Origin: Phoronis australis
Taxonomy: Eukaryota; Animalia; Phoronida
DNA: 64,000 nt
NCBI GenBank assembly: GCA_002633005.1
Contig: NMRA01000138.1
Span: 1 to 64,000 of the forward strand
Direction of reading: 5' to 3'
Shown: positions 40,301-52,800 of the stretch, piece by piece
Layout of the letters: every line of letters begins with the position of its first letter
Numbering within the stretch: the first letter of the stretch is position 1
The notes under the pieces: model-generated
Databases searched by the model: none
What the model saw: the letters and a program-made list of their open reading frames with translations, nothing else
What the model was told of the DNA's origin: nothing
Program-made: the position numbers and the translations under genes

Positions 40301-43272
40301 GCCTTGTGGATGAAATCACAACCAATTTGTTTTGTTGTTCAGTAACTGTTCAGTGACTGACATCTTCTCAACTTCTCAGCAAACGGAGCCTGCTGACAAA
40401 CTGATATGAGTCTCACGGGCAGTTTTGACTTGATTAATATATAACTTACCCCAGCTTCATATTATTCAAGCGTTTCTGCTTCATTTGGGCCATTTTTTCT
40501 TTCAACTCTTCTCGCTTCTTGATGTCCGCTAAGTTCTCAGCAGGTTTATGGACATCATCTTTGAGGGATTCTTTTTCTTCTAAAATTGACAGGTGAAATT
40601 TTATCATCTTTGCACAATGAAAAAGTAATCATTAAAAAATTGAAGTACCTGTTACATTTAGTTATTCATAGCTAGAAATGCATTTTCATAGGGAAAACGT
40701 CTTTCCCTTAAATAAAGACAAGCTTCATTGACTGACGTCAAAACATTGTCCTAAAACAGGTAAGTCACCCAGAACAAAGTGAATGCATCACTGCACATAT
40801 GGCCTGGTAGATTCCTTCATCAAACATGTATACATCATAACTGACAGGAAACAGCCACATAGAATACAAGACTGCCTAGACGTGATCTTAATACATTCCA
40901 AAGGTTGGAAGTGTCATGTGATCCTATCAAGAATACACTGACTGCACTCATAGTTTCCACGAGAACTTGGCTGGTTTTCAACATTAAGAGCACGTTACAT
41001 TCCCCTGAAGACTTATTAAAGATTGTCTTTTTTGCAATTTGGTTATTGCATTATGTAATAATTATAATATAGATTGTACTTTTTGCATTTATTGAATTTT
41101 CAATACACGTCGCTGATTTGAACCACAGGGTGAAAAAAGGACATTCTTTTCTTCACCTAAACGTAGTGGACTAAGGTTTTCTGCTAAAATCAGGGAAATT
41201 CACTATTTTCTGTATTTGAACATTACTTCCAAAAATGGAAACATTCGCTTACCCTTTACAGAGGGGTAGTTGTTGACTTCTAGAGGAGACAGTCCTAGCT
41301 TTGCTCGAAGCTTACTACAAGCAAACAACATTTAAAGTTGAAACAAACAACAGTGGATAGGATAAGACACTCTTAATGGAAAAGGGACAAATTGCTAATT
41401 TGGAAAACAAATATTGGCAGGCTATATATATGGTTTAAATTAAATTTTTAGTATCTGATTTTGACACTGTGTTTCACAAGTGACATAAAGAAAATTAAAA
41501 ACAAAACTGTTCAAATCTACAATAAAAGTAATAAGAATTCAATAATTTTCCTCAATTATCTAGCTCTACTCTCTCATTAACTGTTTCTACGGTAACTTAA
41601 AATAAAAAACAATGGCCGAAGCTCACTTCTAAGACACAATAGGATAAAGAACTGCATCATTTGTGGAACAGAACATAAGCTTAAAGTTACACAAATATGC
41701 GCCTTACTTTGTTTCTTCAATGCTGAGTTCCATGTCTCCACCTGCTGACTTTGGCTGAGGAGGAGATTCTGCAAAATTGAATGGAAAAATAAATTCACTG
41801 AACTAGGTACTAAACTTGTGTTTGCATAACAGATCATTTAACTCTTTGAAGCCAAACAATTATCCCTGTAATGATCAAGAATTTGTGAACTCTAATACTT
41901 ACAATATTGTAGAACCACACTATAAGCAGTATCTTACCACCTGCTGTAATCTTAAAAACACCACAAAATCGCTCTCTCTCATTACATAACAAATACTGTT
42001 GAATTGAGATAAATGCAACAAACAATGAATTGTAATCAAGTAACTGTTGTGTACCTTTGAAAAATGACAACAAACATCAAGGATCAAGTAAAAGTTTTTG
42101 ACAATTTTACTATAATGCATTGCTTTAACTCTAAGACAGAAATAAACTATTGTGAAAATACTCCTACAGTTTTCTTTTTGGCTAGTTGAACAGTTAATGT
42201 CTAAAGATAATTTAGAAGATTAAGCAAATACCATCATGTTCTCTTTTTGTTTTCACATCGTCATCAAAATCATCAAGTACATCATTATCATGACGTCTCC
42301 TTTTCTCGTCTCGAGACCGATGTTTCCGCTCTCTCTCTTTTGATCTGAAATAGTTTCAGAGATGTCATAGGTCACATTTCTCATCATACATATTGCATTT
42401 ACCTTTCACACAAACAGTCGTAGAATTTTACTATTACTATGTGACAGTGACCACCATCTCTAACTGGCTCGGTAGGGACGGTATAGCTCCTATGAGGTTT
42501 ATATGCTGGAAGCTTTTCGGTGAATTATGTCTCACACTGACTAAAGGATCAAATTCATGTTGTTATAAATACCTATTGCACATGGATGGACACCTTAGGA
42601 GACCGTCGATGTCTTCAAAACCTTTGAACTCAAACAAATATTCCAGTTATCAAACTTTTTCTTCGAGCAGCCCTTTATTCAGTTCCCAAAATTGAAAACT
42701 GACCATTTTTAACACTGCGCGCAAGCAGGTGGTATGACGTCATATCCCCTGCTCGAAGAGAAAGTTTAATAATGGAAGTATATGTTCCGAGTTGGAAGGA
42801 ATTAAAGACATCGACGGCCTCCTAAGGTGTCCACCTATTCTCAAAAGATATATACAACGTGACCCTGATGTTTTAGTTAGTGTTAGGCATAATTCACCAC
42901 AAACTTCCAGCATATGAAGCTCCTATAGGGGCCACACGGTCTCTACTGTGCCACTGTGGAGTACTGAGCCAGCTAGAGATGGTGGTCACTGTCTTCTATG
43001 TATTAGCTAGAGGATTCAGAAACTTATCCATGAGGCTAAGGTTTTTTTGTCAGATTGCATACAATAACCCCGAGATCACATAGAGGGAGTGTCGCCAAAC
43101 GTTTTGGCACAGTAACAAGATGATACCGACACTGACAAAGGTCGCTAAGAGTGTTTCTTGACGAGATTCAATTCGCCAGTTTTCACCTGGATCGACTGCG
43201 AGATCTGTCTTTATGCTTATGTTTGCGCCGATGTTCTCGATCTTTATCCTTGTGCTTTTTAGACGAACCCAT
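28313..43272 (-). CDS. SART1: U4/U6.U5 tri-snRNP-associated protein 1 (SART1/Snu66), complete, ~760 aa. 21 exons: 43187-43272, 42232-42344, 41708-41768, 41253-41314, 40450-40579, 39523-39631, 37910-37993, 37480-37576, 36726-36865, 36179-36251, 34922-34995, 34418-34477, 33817-33935, 33268-33380, 32696-32826, 31982-32152, 31519-31626, 30859-31040, 29824-30052, 28704-28825, 28313-28331
   Basis: Starts MGSSKKHK; HIND motif [18 protein letters not shown]; ILTLADKG; [19 protein letters not shown]; [20 protein letters not shown]; [16 protein letters not shown]; ends STPVVK*. All junctions are GT-AG and phase-consistent (2283 nt). Confidence 0.95.
28490..28740 (-). repeat. ~70-bp degenerate tandem repeat x4 derived from the end of SART1 exon 20 plus its donor
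   Basis: ATAC(G/A)AGGT..GTGT.TTG.CACC..CACTCAGTACA recurs at ~28500, 28562, 28630 and 28700. Confidence 0.8.
28950..29230. mobile_element. Degenerate MITE in a SART1 intron
   Basis: GATTTAGGC..ATGGTTATGAAACTGGTC versus GACCAGTTTTCTAACCAT..GCCTGAATC inverted termini. Confidence 0.55.
35166..35390. repeat. Adjacent tandem repeats: 37 bp x3 (35166-35278) and ~45 bp x2 (~35300-35390)
   Basis: TTGAACGTACAGATACAACTGGGTTCTGTATGTGTGG x3; CATAACTATCTGCTTATCATAAGGTGGAAGTACCTGACAAGTCC x2. Confidence 0.9.
38470..39606 (-). repeat. ~120-bp degenerate tandem array derived from SART1 exon 6 plus its donor
   Basis: Recurrent CACTCTCATAACTCA.C.ATCTGCCAACAGAGTGTGCTAC..ACCCTCT followed by pyrimidine-rich exon-like sequence (TTCTTCACCCA). 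Confidence 0.8.
42443..42993. mobile_element. MITE with ~110-bp TIRs, containing a nested inverted-repeat element at 42587-42832
   Basis: Outer GACAGTGACCACCATCTCTA.CTGGCTC / GAGCCAG.TAGAGATGGTGGTCACTGTC; inner TGGACACCTTAGGAG.CCGTCGATGTCTT / AAGACATCGACGG.CTCCTAAGGTGTCCA. Confidence 0.75.
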
Positions 43273-43875
43273 TTCGTGCTTGTGCTTTTTCACTATTTGA
43301 AACTAAAGTACTACACGCGATAAAAATACGCCAAACGAATTAGCACAGAACTTTGCGAAGCACAATCGTTGAAGATGGCGCTGTAAAAGGAAGCTGACTC
43401 AAAAAGTACTTTTCGATATTTGCAACAGCATTGATAATGTTTGGTTTGTGTTGATGAAAAATTCATTATTAAAACTAAAAATCGATAAAAAGTGTTTTCA
43501 CTTCTGTTTTCAGTTTATCAGTTAATACATTCGAATGGCTTTTGTCTACCGTATTTCCTTATAAACATGCTTGTGTTTCAAAAGGGTGATTAATTTTTCT
43601 AAAACCAAAAACTAAAGTAGAGTAAAAGTTAGATAGCGAAATTTATGACATCAAAATGCATTTAAATTGTAAACAGGTGTTATATTTGTGTTGGATAACA
43701 ATAGTGGCGTTTATTTTCGAAAACATGGTACAGAACATGACCTTTTCTAAATGGGTCACAAGCTTGGTCGCATGACTATTGAAGTCGTGTTTCCCCGAGA
43801 GCGAAGTCGAACTTGCCCGGTGGGCTTGTAAGTGTTAGTCAAAGTAAAAGTTAGAGCCATGATTTTTATGTTATC
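43273..43875. promoter_or_regulatory. Putative bidirectional promoter / 5' UTR region between SART1 (-) and the Rab gene (+)
   Basis: The start codons diverge 603 bp apart; local CpG enrichment; YY1-like AAGATGGCG at ~43372. Confidence 0.6.
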
Positions 43876-46800
43876 ATGAAGTCGCTGGAGGCTAAAGTGG
43901 TTGTCCTTGGTGCGCAAGGTAAGAATGGTTCTTTGATTTCGTCATAACTCAAGAACTAGAAAAACAGTGTGTACTTTTCTTGAGAATGCAGCCTGAAGCC
44001 ACGGCTTCAATAATGAAGGGCTTGTGAGGCCGCGTTCACATTAATCCCTACTGTGCAGAGGATGTGCAAATAGCACGAAGCCATACGTGACAATAGCGTT
44101 CAAGGAGACAAGTGCTTAGTTAAAGTCATGTAACAGTATGCTTCTACAGCTGACTTGAATACAAGCTTTAGAAATGAACACGGCTAAAGGCTCTTCAGAC
44201 TTAGTTATATTTTCCTAAGAATTTTTAATAGCTTCAGTAACTCTCAATTTTTACAATCAAGTAGTTAAAGTTAGTAGCCTCAAACTACAGATTTCCATGA
44301 AATCTTACTGAAGTGATGTATTTTATTTTACTTAAGTTATTTAACATGTTTTCTGGTCGAAAAGATCTGAGTAGGGTTCAATGAATGGTCGGTCCTCGCG
44401 CTAGTTGAGGAAGAGTTTTTGTGTGATTATTGCCTTGTATTATCAATGAGAGCACGTGATTCTTGGTATCTTTTTCACGCTGCTAGACAGCTATCTGATG
44501 TTATGCCATGATTGTCAGCTTGATAATTAAAATATACCCTCTCATCTCCTGTTACTACTCGACTATTCTCATTTTCACAAATACATTGCGCCCATTTGGA
44601 ACCCACATAATTTGTAAATATGTAAATATTAGTCATACATTGCTGGAACTGGCAGAAAAGACATGCAGATTTTAAAGAAAGTTTACTTCAAAGTAATAAG
44701 AAGTTTATTTTAATTGTCCAAATGGGGTACTAGTAACTAGGGATATAAGTTAATTGTTCTTGTTGTTACAAACACTAGCAATGATTGCATAATCGAAGTG
44801 TCAAAGATTTTGTGCCTCGGAAGGGCATACGTACATTGTAAAATTTGCACTTGTACTAAAAAATCCTGGAGGTACTCCTTAAAGGAGGTGCACAAGAGGT
44901 GCCATCCAAAAGGATAATTTTTTCACAACCAGTTTCCCTATCATGAATGGGTCCCCTTCCAACAAAGCTCCAAACAAAAGAGTTGGGAGGTGCAGTCGTC
45001 TACCAAAATTGCTGACCCCTATTGCAGTTGCCAGGTCTGAGAATAAATAGTGATGCCTATTACGAGTAGAAAGACGGCTTATTGGAGCCCATGTGGGTCC
45101 TGCAAAACTTGCTTCAAAAAAGCACCATCTATTGACAGTTTTTGGTGCACGCCTGCAGGCACCTCGTCTATATGAGTGACCCCTTGAGCAAAGTGTTCAC
45201 TTTGGGAATTTGTTCTCCACAGTTAGGTTCTCTTTTCCCAACTGTACAAATCTAGACTGATGGGTACTTAAATTTGTTAGGAATGATGCACTCATTTTAG
45301 ACAACATAGCATCTGTTCTTGTACTATTCCAGGCTTATGGGTTAAAAATGAAGATGTCCAAGAAACCCATTTAGGATTGTGGAATAAACCCCAGAAGGAT
45401 GGTGCTTCTGGTGTTAAAACTATGCGAGGGAGAATTTTCTGGTGACTACAAGAGTGTAAAATTTTCTTGGAAGCATGTTACAAATGGGTCCCCTTTTTTA
45501 AGTACATTCTCTAATTGGGTGGGTATCCTAATTTTCTGATTGAAACCCGTCAAAAATATTACTCAAACCCCCTGGATGAAATTGTGCCGTGTATCAAAAA
45601 GGCCCTTAAATATAAGCTCAGGTTCTTGTTTGTGTATTTTGCAAATCTTTTGCTGGCTGAACTTTTTACTAAGAGTTGTATTTTACATGTTTTTGTACAG
45701 GAGTTGGTAAAACCAGTGTGGTTGTGCGATACGTTGCCAAGACTTTCCAACACCATGTCAGTCCAACTATTGGCGCTTCATTTTTCACATGTAAAGTGTA
45801 AGTATGCATTGTACTAGGTTGGAGGACCCCATGTGCCAACATTGAAATATTTACCCAGACAATGTCAGTGAGTTTCTGAGAGAAAGCGTCACTGTTTTGG
45901 CCTTTGTTGTGCCACAAATGTTAGCAAAGCTGTATAAATATATGTCTGGTTGTATTGTGACAAGTACTCTTTCATGCAGCTAGCTGACTGGCTATACCCT
46001 ATACCCAAATGCAGGCTTCAGTGCATTTTTTAGCAATGAATGGTGTTAAAATTGGACAATGCATAAATAATTGTCTTGAATTGACAGTATCTCTCCAAAA
46101 GGTAATTTAGAAGAAATTCCTATGCAGTTCTGTGGGCTATTAGGGCGATATTAATCTGACCATTGATGTTTCTTGTCTGCAAAGCCTTGGTGTTTAAAGT
46201 GCATTTTGGGAAAACTTATAAGCCTCTGAAAATAACAGTTTTGACTCCAAACATAATTCTTGCATACAATTTTTCTGAATGTAGGCAGATGGGCTGGTCC
46301 TATTTTTAGAAATTCCCTGTTCATCTTAAACTAACAGCATCGTATTAAAATGGTATTTTAATAAGCTCTTCTGGTACTGTTTACCTGTGCTAAAGGCTGT
46401 GTTACTGTGTTTATCCATTAACTTATTGTTTTCTGCATCTATATTCACAATTTATGTGAACCATTCATTAAAAACATCATCTTAAATTGATCATATAAAT
46501 AAAAAAATAATAATTTCAGGTATGTTCATCGTTATTTAATGATAGCCATGCAACAATTTGGAGTGATGACAGCAAAATGTAGAAAATGTAATTTCAGTAA
46601 TTTTCTGGTCTTGTTGGTCAGTTATTCGTGTAGATTGTCAATCTGGACTTGAAGATCAACACATGAACATACTCTTAGTCATATGCTACCAAGACTCTCA
46701 CGAGATATGTGGTTCTGACTGATCTCCTGGTGCAAGTTGCACATCTGTTAGATATGTTATCTTTGCATTGTTTTCCCTGATAACAGTCTGTAGCTGGGCA

Positions 46801-49800
46801 GTATTTTAGCTTCACTTCACATACACTAACAGTATCGTTGATACATGAAATTTCTTTTTCCGGGTAGTTTATCCAAAATGTTTGAGATAAAGTCATTGTT
46901 TTATTGAGGATTGATTGGTAGCTTACATTTCCAAATGTTTATATGTAAAAAATAATTGTAGGTGATCTGGTACATGTTGAACCGGACGTGTGCAGGCTGC
47001 TCAGTGCTCAGGTGGGCACATTGTACTGATCACCTGGAACCATTTTGATGATTTATTGATATATAGTTAGAACAGAGCTGAGGAGTTAGAGTCCTGACTG
47101 GATCTAGCAGTGTACCCCCAGTGGGGCTCGAATCCACGACCTTGAGTAAGAGAGTGATACTTATCCCACTAGGTCACAATGCCTCCTCTAATCTAAATGT
47201 TTGTCACTCACTGACTCAAGTTTTGTTTTATGGTAGGGTACAGAATGTCCACCATTGTGTCTTGACAGTTATGCAAACAATCAAAGTTGAGTATAATCTA
47301 CACCTTATAATACTCTGTTGTCTTATGATCTGTACATTTTGTTTATTTTCAAACTGTTAATATTCAAAACAGTGTAAGAAGCATTTGAAAATCACGATTT
47401 GATTAATTATTTTTGTCTAAAATTCATTTTTTTAAATTAGTGATATGGATGACTTTTAAATTTATTTTGTCCTATGTTAAGGGGATTTAATTGTTTCTGT
47501 GCTGTGTTAAGAGTTGTATGTGAAAATCATTTTCTTGAACAAGATGATAAAGTGTTACGACAGGGCATGAGTGGACAATTAAGTGTCACCAAAATACAAA
47601 ATTCCAATAGTGAATTTAATTGTTGGTCATGATTGTTAGAATTTGTGGTAACTGATAGGAAATGTGAAGGCGGTATTTTGCACATGACCAAGGAAATCAC
47701 ATGAAAATAGAGTATGCATTTATTGGTTTTTGATGATTTTAGGCTTGGCACTCTTCATAATTCTTACTTTGTGTGGATTATTCATGTGATACTCACAGCT
47801 TTCCAAGGCATTAAATAAATGTGTGTGGTTAACTTTGAAAATCAACGCGCATACTGAGTACCGTTAGAATGGTTTTTACTTATAGTGTCTTTACACATTC
47901 ACTAGAATACCACCCTCACTTCAAGTCTCTAACCTGCTAGTATGCCCCCCTAATTTGTGCAGATAGTGAGGGCTTCTTATCCCTTGTAAGTACTGATGTC
48001 TTTGTGAGCACCCATCTACAAAGAAGCTCAGCTCCAAAAACACTTTCAGAAGGGTGCTGTAAAGATTGCAAAGTTTGCTCCGGAAACGATACTCGTTTCT
48101 GTTGTGTTGTTAACTTCTGAAAACCTCTTATGGGATTAGGAAGTCTTGAGAGTGAAGTACGGCTGAGAGAGTAACGGTTTGAGATGAGTACTGCACAGAC
48201 AGCTTTGCAGTTCACTGAGATTTATACAGAAGGTTACTGATCTGTGGTTTGTTTGATGTCTGTTCACAAACCCTATTAACCAACCCTAATTTTCCCCTGC
48301 AATAATTTTCCGTTCATTTTATGCTTAGATACAAAACATATACTTAGGTTTTGAGTGAAATGGTTCTCTGTCTCTGCAGATCCAGGATTTTGTCCAGGAA
48401 GTTGGACAATATACCAATTAAGCGTTTGCTTGAAATTCCTCCTTTACAATAATGTGCTAGAGATTCACCAGTGAACGTCCATGTGTCCACTGTGTTCATC
48501 ACTGGGGAGTTAACAGTTAACATGATTTTTACTATTCAAAAGTTTGGAAAGCAGGACGTATCGGTCAATTAGTTCGCCACCAAAACATCACAGGTCTTGT
48601 GATCTGTTCAGACTGCCCTTTGTGTGGCTTGGAAGCTGAGTCTCCCTGACACTTAGTGGAAATTTGCCCTGTTTCTCAGGGTCTTTGCTATCTCAGTTCT
48701 GGTAGGTGGACATGTAACGTGCCTAATAGACATTGTCAGATCATGTAGGTTTTTTCTAATTTCCTAAAAAAAACGAGAATATTAGGAGACTTTATTCACG
48801 AGGAACCTCATGCCGAGGAATCCCCTTGAGTTCTAATCAGCTGATTAGTGCAATAGTCCCAATTCGGTGTCTAAGCAAGCCTAGTGCACAGCAGAAGGCA
48901 CCAGTCACCTGCCTATTTTTTATTTGGTAGGATAGTGCTGTAGTTTTCTAATAACAAAAATCACATGAGGAACTTGCGTGTCTCAGAAGTCCATCACAAG
49001 GGGATTATTGCTATTTTAATGAGTATGCAAATGTACCCTTTTCCCACACCTTTCCCCAAAAGTATACAAAAATGTTGGCTGACATTTAGTTTCATTGTAT
49101 GATTAGGACAGATTATGGGGTTAAAACCAGCATTGGGAGTCAATAAGCCAGAATATTGAACGCTACTATGGTAATGCCTGTAAGATAATTCTTCTTTAAG
49201 AGTTTATGTATGGACTTGTTTTTCACTGTGGATAGCTGCCCTTTTTCCTCAGTTGCCAGCTGCTGATCCATGTGTTATATCAACAGGCCATGTTTATTAT
49301 GCAACATCTTGACATTTGTGGTTTTTCTTATGTTACATTATCCCTTACAGTGGTTTAGGTTGCATGTTTCTGGTGGCTGGTATGTAATGTGTAGTTCCTT
49401 ACTAGATAGGCTTGTAGCTCCATCTTTATTCTGATTCTTAGACGGATGAATGCAGAATGAGGTTATTGTTTCAACCTAAAGTACTTTGCAAGTATCATCT
49501 TGTTGATATTCTGAGTACAGTATAGTGTAGCTTTGATCTGTAGTTTTCAAGCACTGTTTCATCTAGTTTTCATTTTCCTAATTCCTCCGTAGTATTTTAG
49601 CTCTTTGTTCATGCTGCCTGCTAGTGTGATAATGTTTGTCACCAGATGTCACTGTTAGTCAGGTTATTTTCCATGTATGTCTGTTTCTTCTCATTTTCTT
49701 ACTTACATTTATATTTTTCATTGTCTCCCTTCAGGAACCACTTCTATGATGACTAAGCGGCTTGTCCACGATCAGGGTATAATTGCAATTACAGTCATGT

Positions 49801-52800
49801 TATGGGGTGTTTCCATGTATTTATGCCCACATATGTCATTAAATTTTGTTCCCTAATTATGAGTGTATTGTACTATTGTCAATGAATTCTTCAAATATCG
49901 GATATGATTATATTGGCCTCTGAAATTTTAGAGTGCTACAAGTTATCAGAAATATTGCATTTGTTGATGCTTTATTTGCTCATTTAAGGAAGGTAGCAAT
50001 TATAATTATGCATTTAGAAATATAGCATTATAGGAACACCTTTTATAATGCTCGATTCTTGCAGATGATGATCTATAGCTTTCATTGCACAAAATTGAAT
50101 GGTAATCTGATGCCTGGAACCAAAGATATTGCACGCTGAATCAACACTATTTTTCATTAAATATATATTTTACAATTTATCTTTGTTTTTAGTTCATACC
50201 ATAATAAAATATTATGTGGAACTTAAGGAACTCTTAAAGTTTAATGCTTTCTGATAGTGACTGTCACATATATAGATGAAATAATTGAAATACACCCTGA
50301 GCGTTGACACTAAAATGTGTATTTTTAACACTGAAATATCGACTAAATGTCCCTTCCAAACATGTAGCATCCATAGATCTCTCTAAACATGTTTAATAAC
50401 TACCAGTTGCTGTTAGCCAGTGTTTTATCTTATGGAATATGCATCTGGACACACATTATTCACACAGGCAATTAATGGCGTTGACAATAAGTATTACCAT
50501 TCATGAGTGTAGTGTCCTAGACATTTTGTAGCATCTGTAGACTTAAACAAAGACACTCCGTAGCAACAATGTTTAACCATGGTCTAAAGTTTGTGTGACT
50601 GTGTGTGTGTGTTTTAGTTATGATAAAATAAATACCTAGACTTTATTAAAGAGTATTGTCTTGTTTGAGATCAAGAAATCTGAGTAAATACTTCTTTTGT
50701 GGTGTCCGTAGATGCCCATACATTTTTATTATCACTTAAATAGTTGATTATTCACACAATATTGGGTTCGGATGCTCAAAACAAGTGTTCACAAACTGTT
50801 CAGGACAGTCAAAGCTACAAATTTATAATGGTGTTGGTATGCCTACATTGTGATTTTGGTGCTCAAAATCACCCTGATCATGGACAAGCCAAAAGTGCAC
50901 TCAAAGTAGTCACACAGTTATAATAAAAATAAAGTTTTGAAATGCACACTGATAATTGCTTTCTTACAATGCTATTTGACAGTTTTTTGTTGAAATTACA
51001 ATTATCGAATTTCGAACTCGGTCTCTCACTTTGCACGCCTCGACTTTAAGTCTTTTAAATCTTTTTATTTCATAAGATTTGCATTCTGGTGTTATATTTC
51101 CTTTTAAGTAGTCATAAAATATGATCCAACAGGTGAATGCTAGGCATCACATTTCCCACACATCCCGCTATTGTACAAAAGGTGTGTCTTCAATGGCTAA
51201 AATGTTCACTCGCTTTCAACGCACAGTCATTGGCGCAAACTTGAGTGTGTGCACTCTCTGAATGTGCTGACGCTCAGCCTGCTGATTGCATTGAACCAAA
51301 TTAGGTTTATCAGTTGTTTTGGATTAGAAACAATCCTTGTATGACCCTAGAACATGACATCCTTCCTAATATACGTATAATCAATCATTCCTTTGTCCAT
51401 TCCAGGCATCTCCTGCAAGTTTTTCAAAATCTCATCACAACTTTTTATCTAAAAATGGTAACTGTCTACAAATCAAGTGATCGACATATGACTGAAAGTC
51501 CAAACTGACAGTCTCCTTCTATCAATTTACTTAGCATATTACGTAATCGGATAATTAAACATTTATTGATTTTCACACTCAGTCAGTATGTTGGTCTTCA
51601 GACTCCAAAAATGCGATAATGGTCCTTGGCTCCGCCTTGATCATTGTCACATTTTTGGGGTCTGAAAACTGGCAACATATTGACCTCAGTGGAAGTCAAT
51701 AACTACTGGTATAACGTAACCTGTATGTGTGCTTCAAACGTCTATTCTGGTGTCCATCTGTATTCTGGTATGATATGTTTAACAATTGTTTTCAATCAAT
51801 TCTCTAGGTATTTCTGATGTGAAAAGTTGAATTTTGATGATGTCAAAACGGAACTCAGTGATAGCCGTGAGGAACTCTCCCTTTGCACGCTTGTGAGAAT
51901 GGCGATGATTGTGAATTGTTTCGAAATCGTTTCCATGTACCGTTTTCTATTTGCATGGATTATGCCAACTACTTTTGTCTTGGATGGCCATTTTTTACAG
52001 TACAGCTGAGAGTTTTGTCATTTATTTTTCAGAAACCTTGACGATTTCCGAGTCAAACTGCAGGTATGGGATACCGCAGGCCAGGAAAGATTCAGATCTA
52101 TGGTAATTAAACATGGTTTCATCACACATTTAGTCATTTAGGCCTCTTCCTCATTCCACAGCTAAACTAAGAATGTCTTTGAAATCTGTGGGTTACAAGA
52201 AGTTCAGGAATTACTAATGTTACCTACGTGACATGACTTTTAGTAAACACTTGTAGAATTTACCATTTCCTGCCCATCCCCCAGGTGCAAGCCAGTAGTA
52301 CCTACTCGGCTATAAGCACACTGTCTTACATTATAATCCAAATCAAACTAACTTCGTACATTCAGCTTAAGTTGCAAGTGTAAAGCTGCCTCTGAAAACT
52401 CTTCTGACAGCGTGCTTTAATTATTGCCATCGCATTGGGCAAAGCATTGTTCATAATATTGACTGTTGGTTTGTGCCTGAATGTCTAAACTCCTACCACA
52501 AAAGGACATATTGCGGTAAAATCTCATCAATTTCTGCCAAAGATAGTTGCCAAAATTGATCTTTTTCATTTTATTATCAATGAATATGTTTTCTGAAAAT
52601 ATTGGTTGGTGGTAGCTAAGGTATAGCTTTTAAAAATTACATAAAATAAAAAAATAAAATTACTCTTATCCACTGTGATGTTCTAAATTGTTAAGATTTC
52701 ACCAAGCATTATTCAAAATTGATGAATGCCATTCAATCTTTGCCAGTACTACGTGTGGAAATGGTTACTGAAATTGCACCATTTTGTGTGCTAAAAAAAT

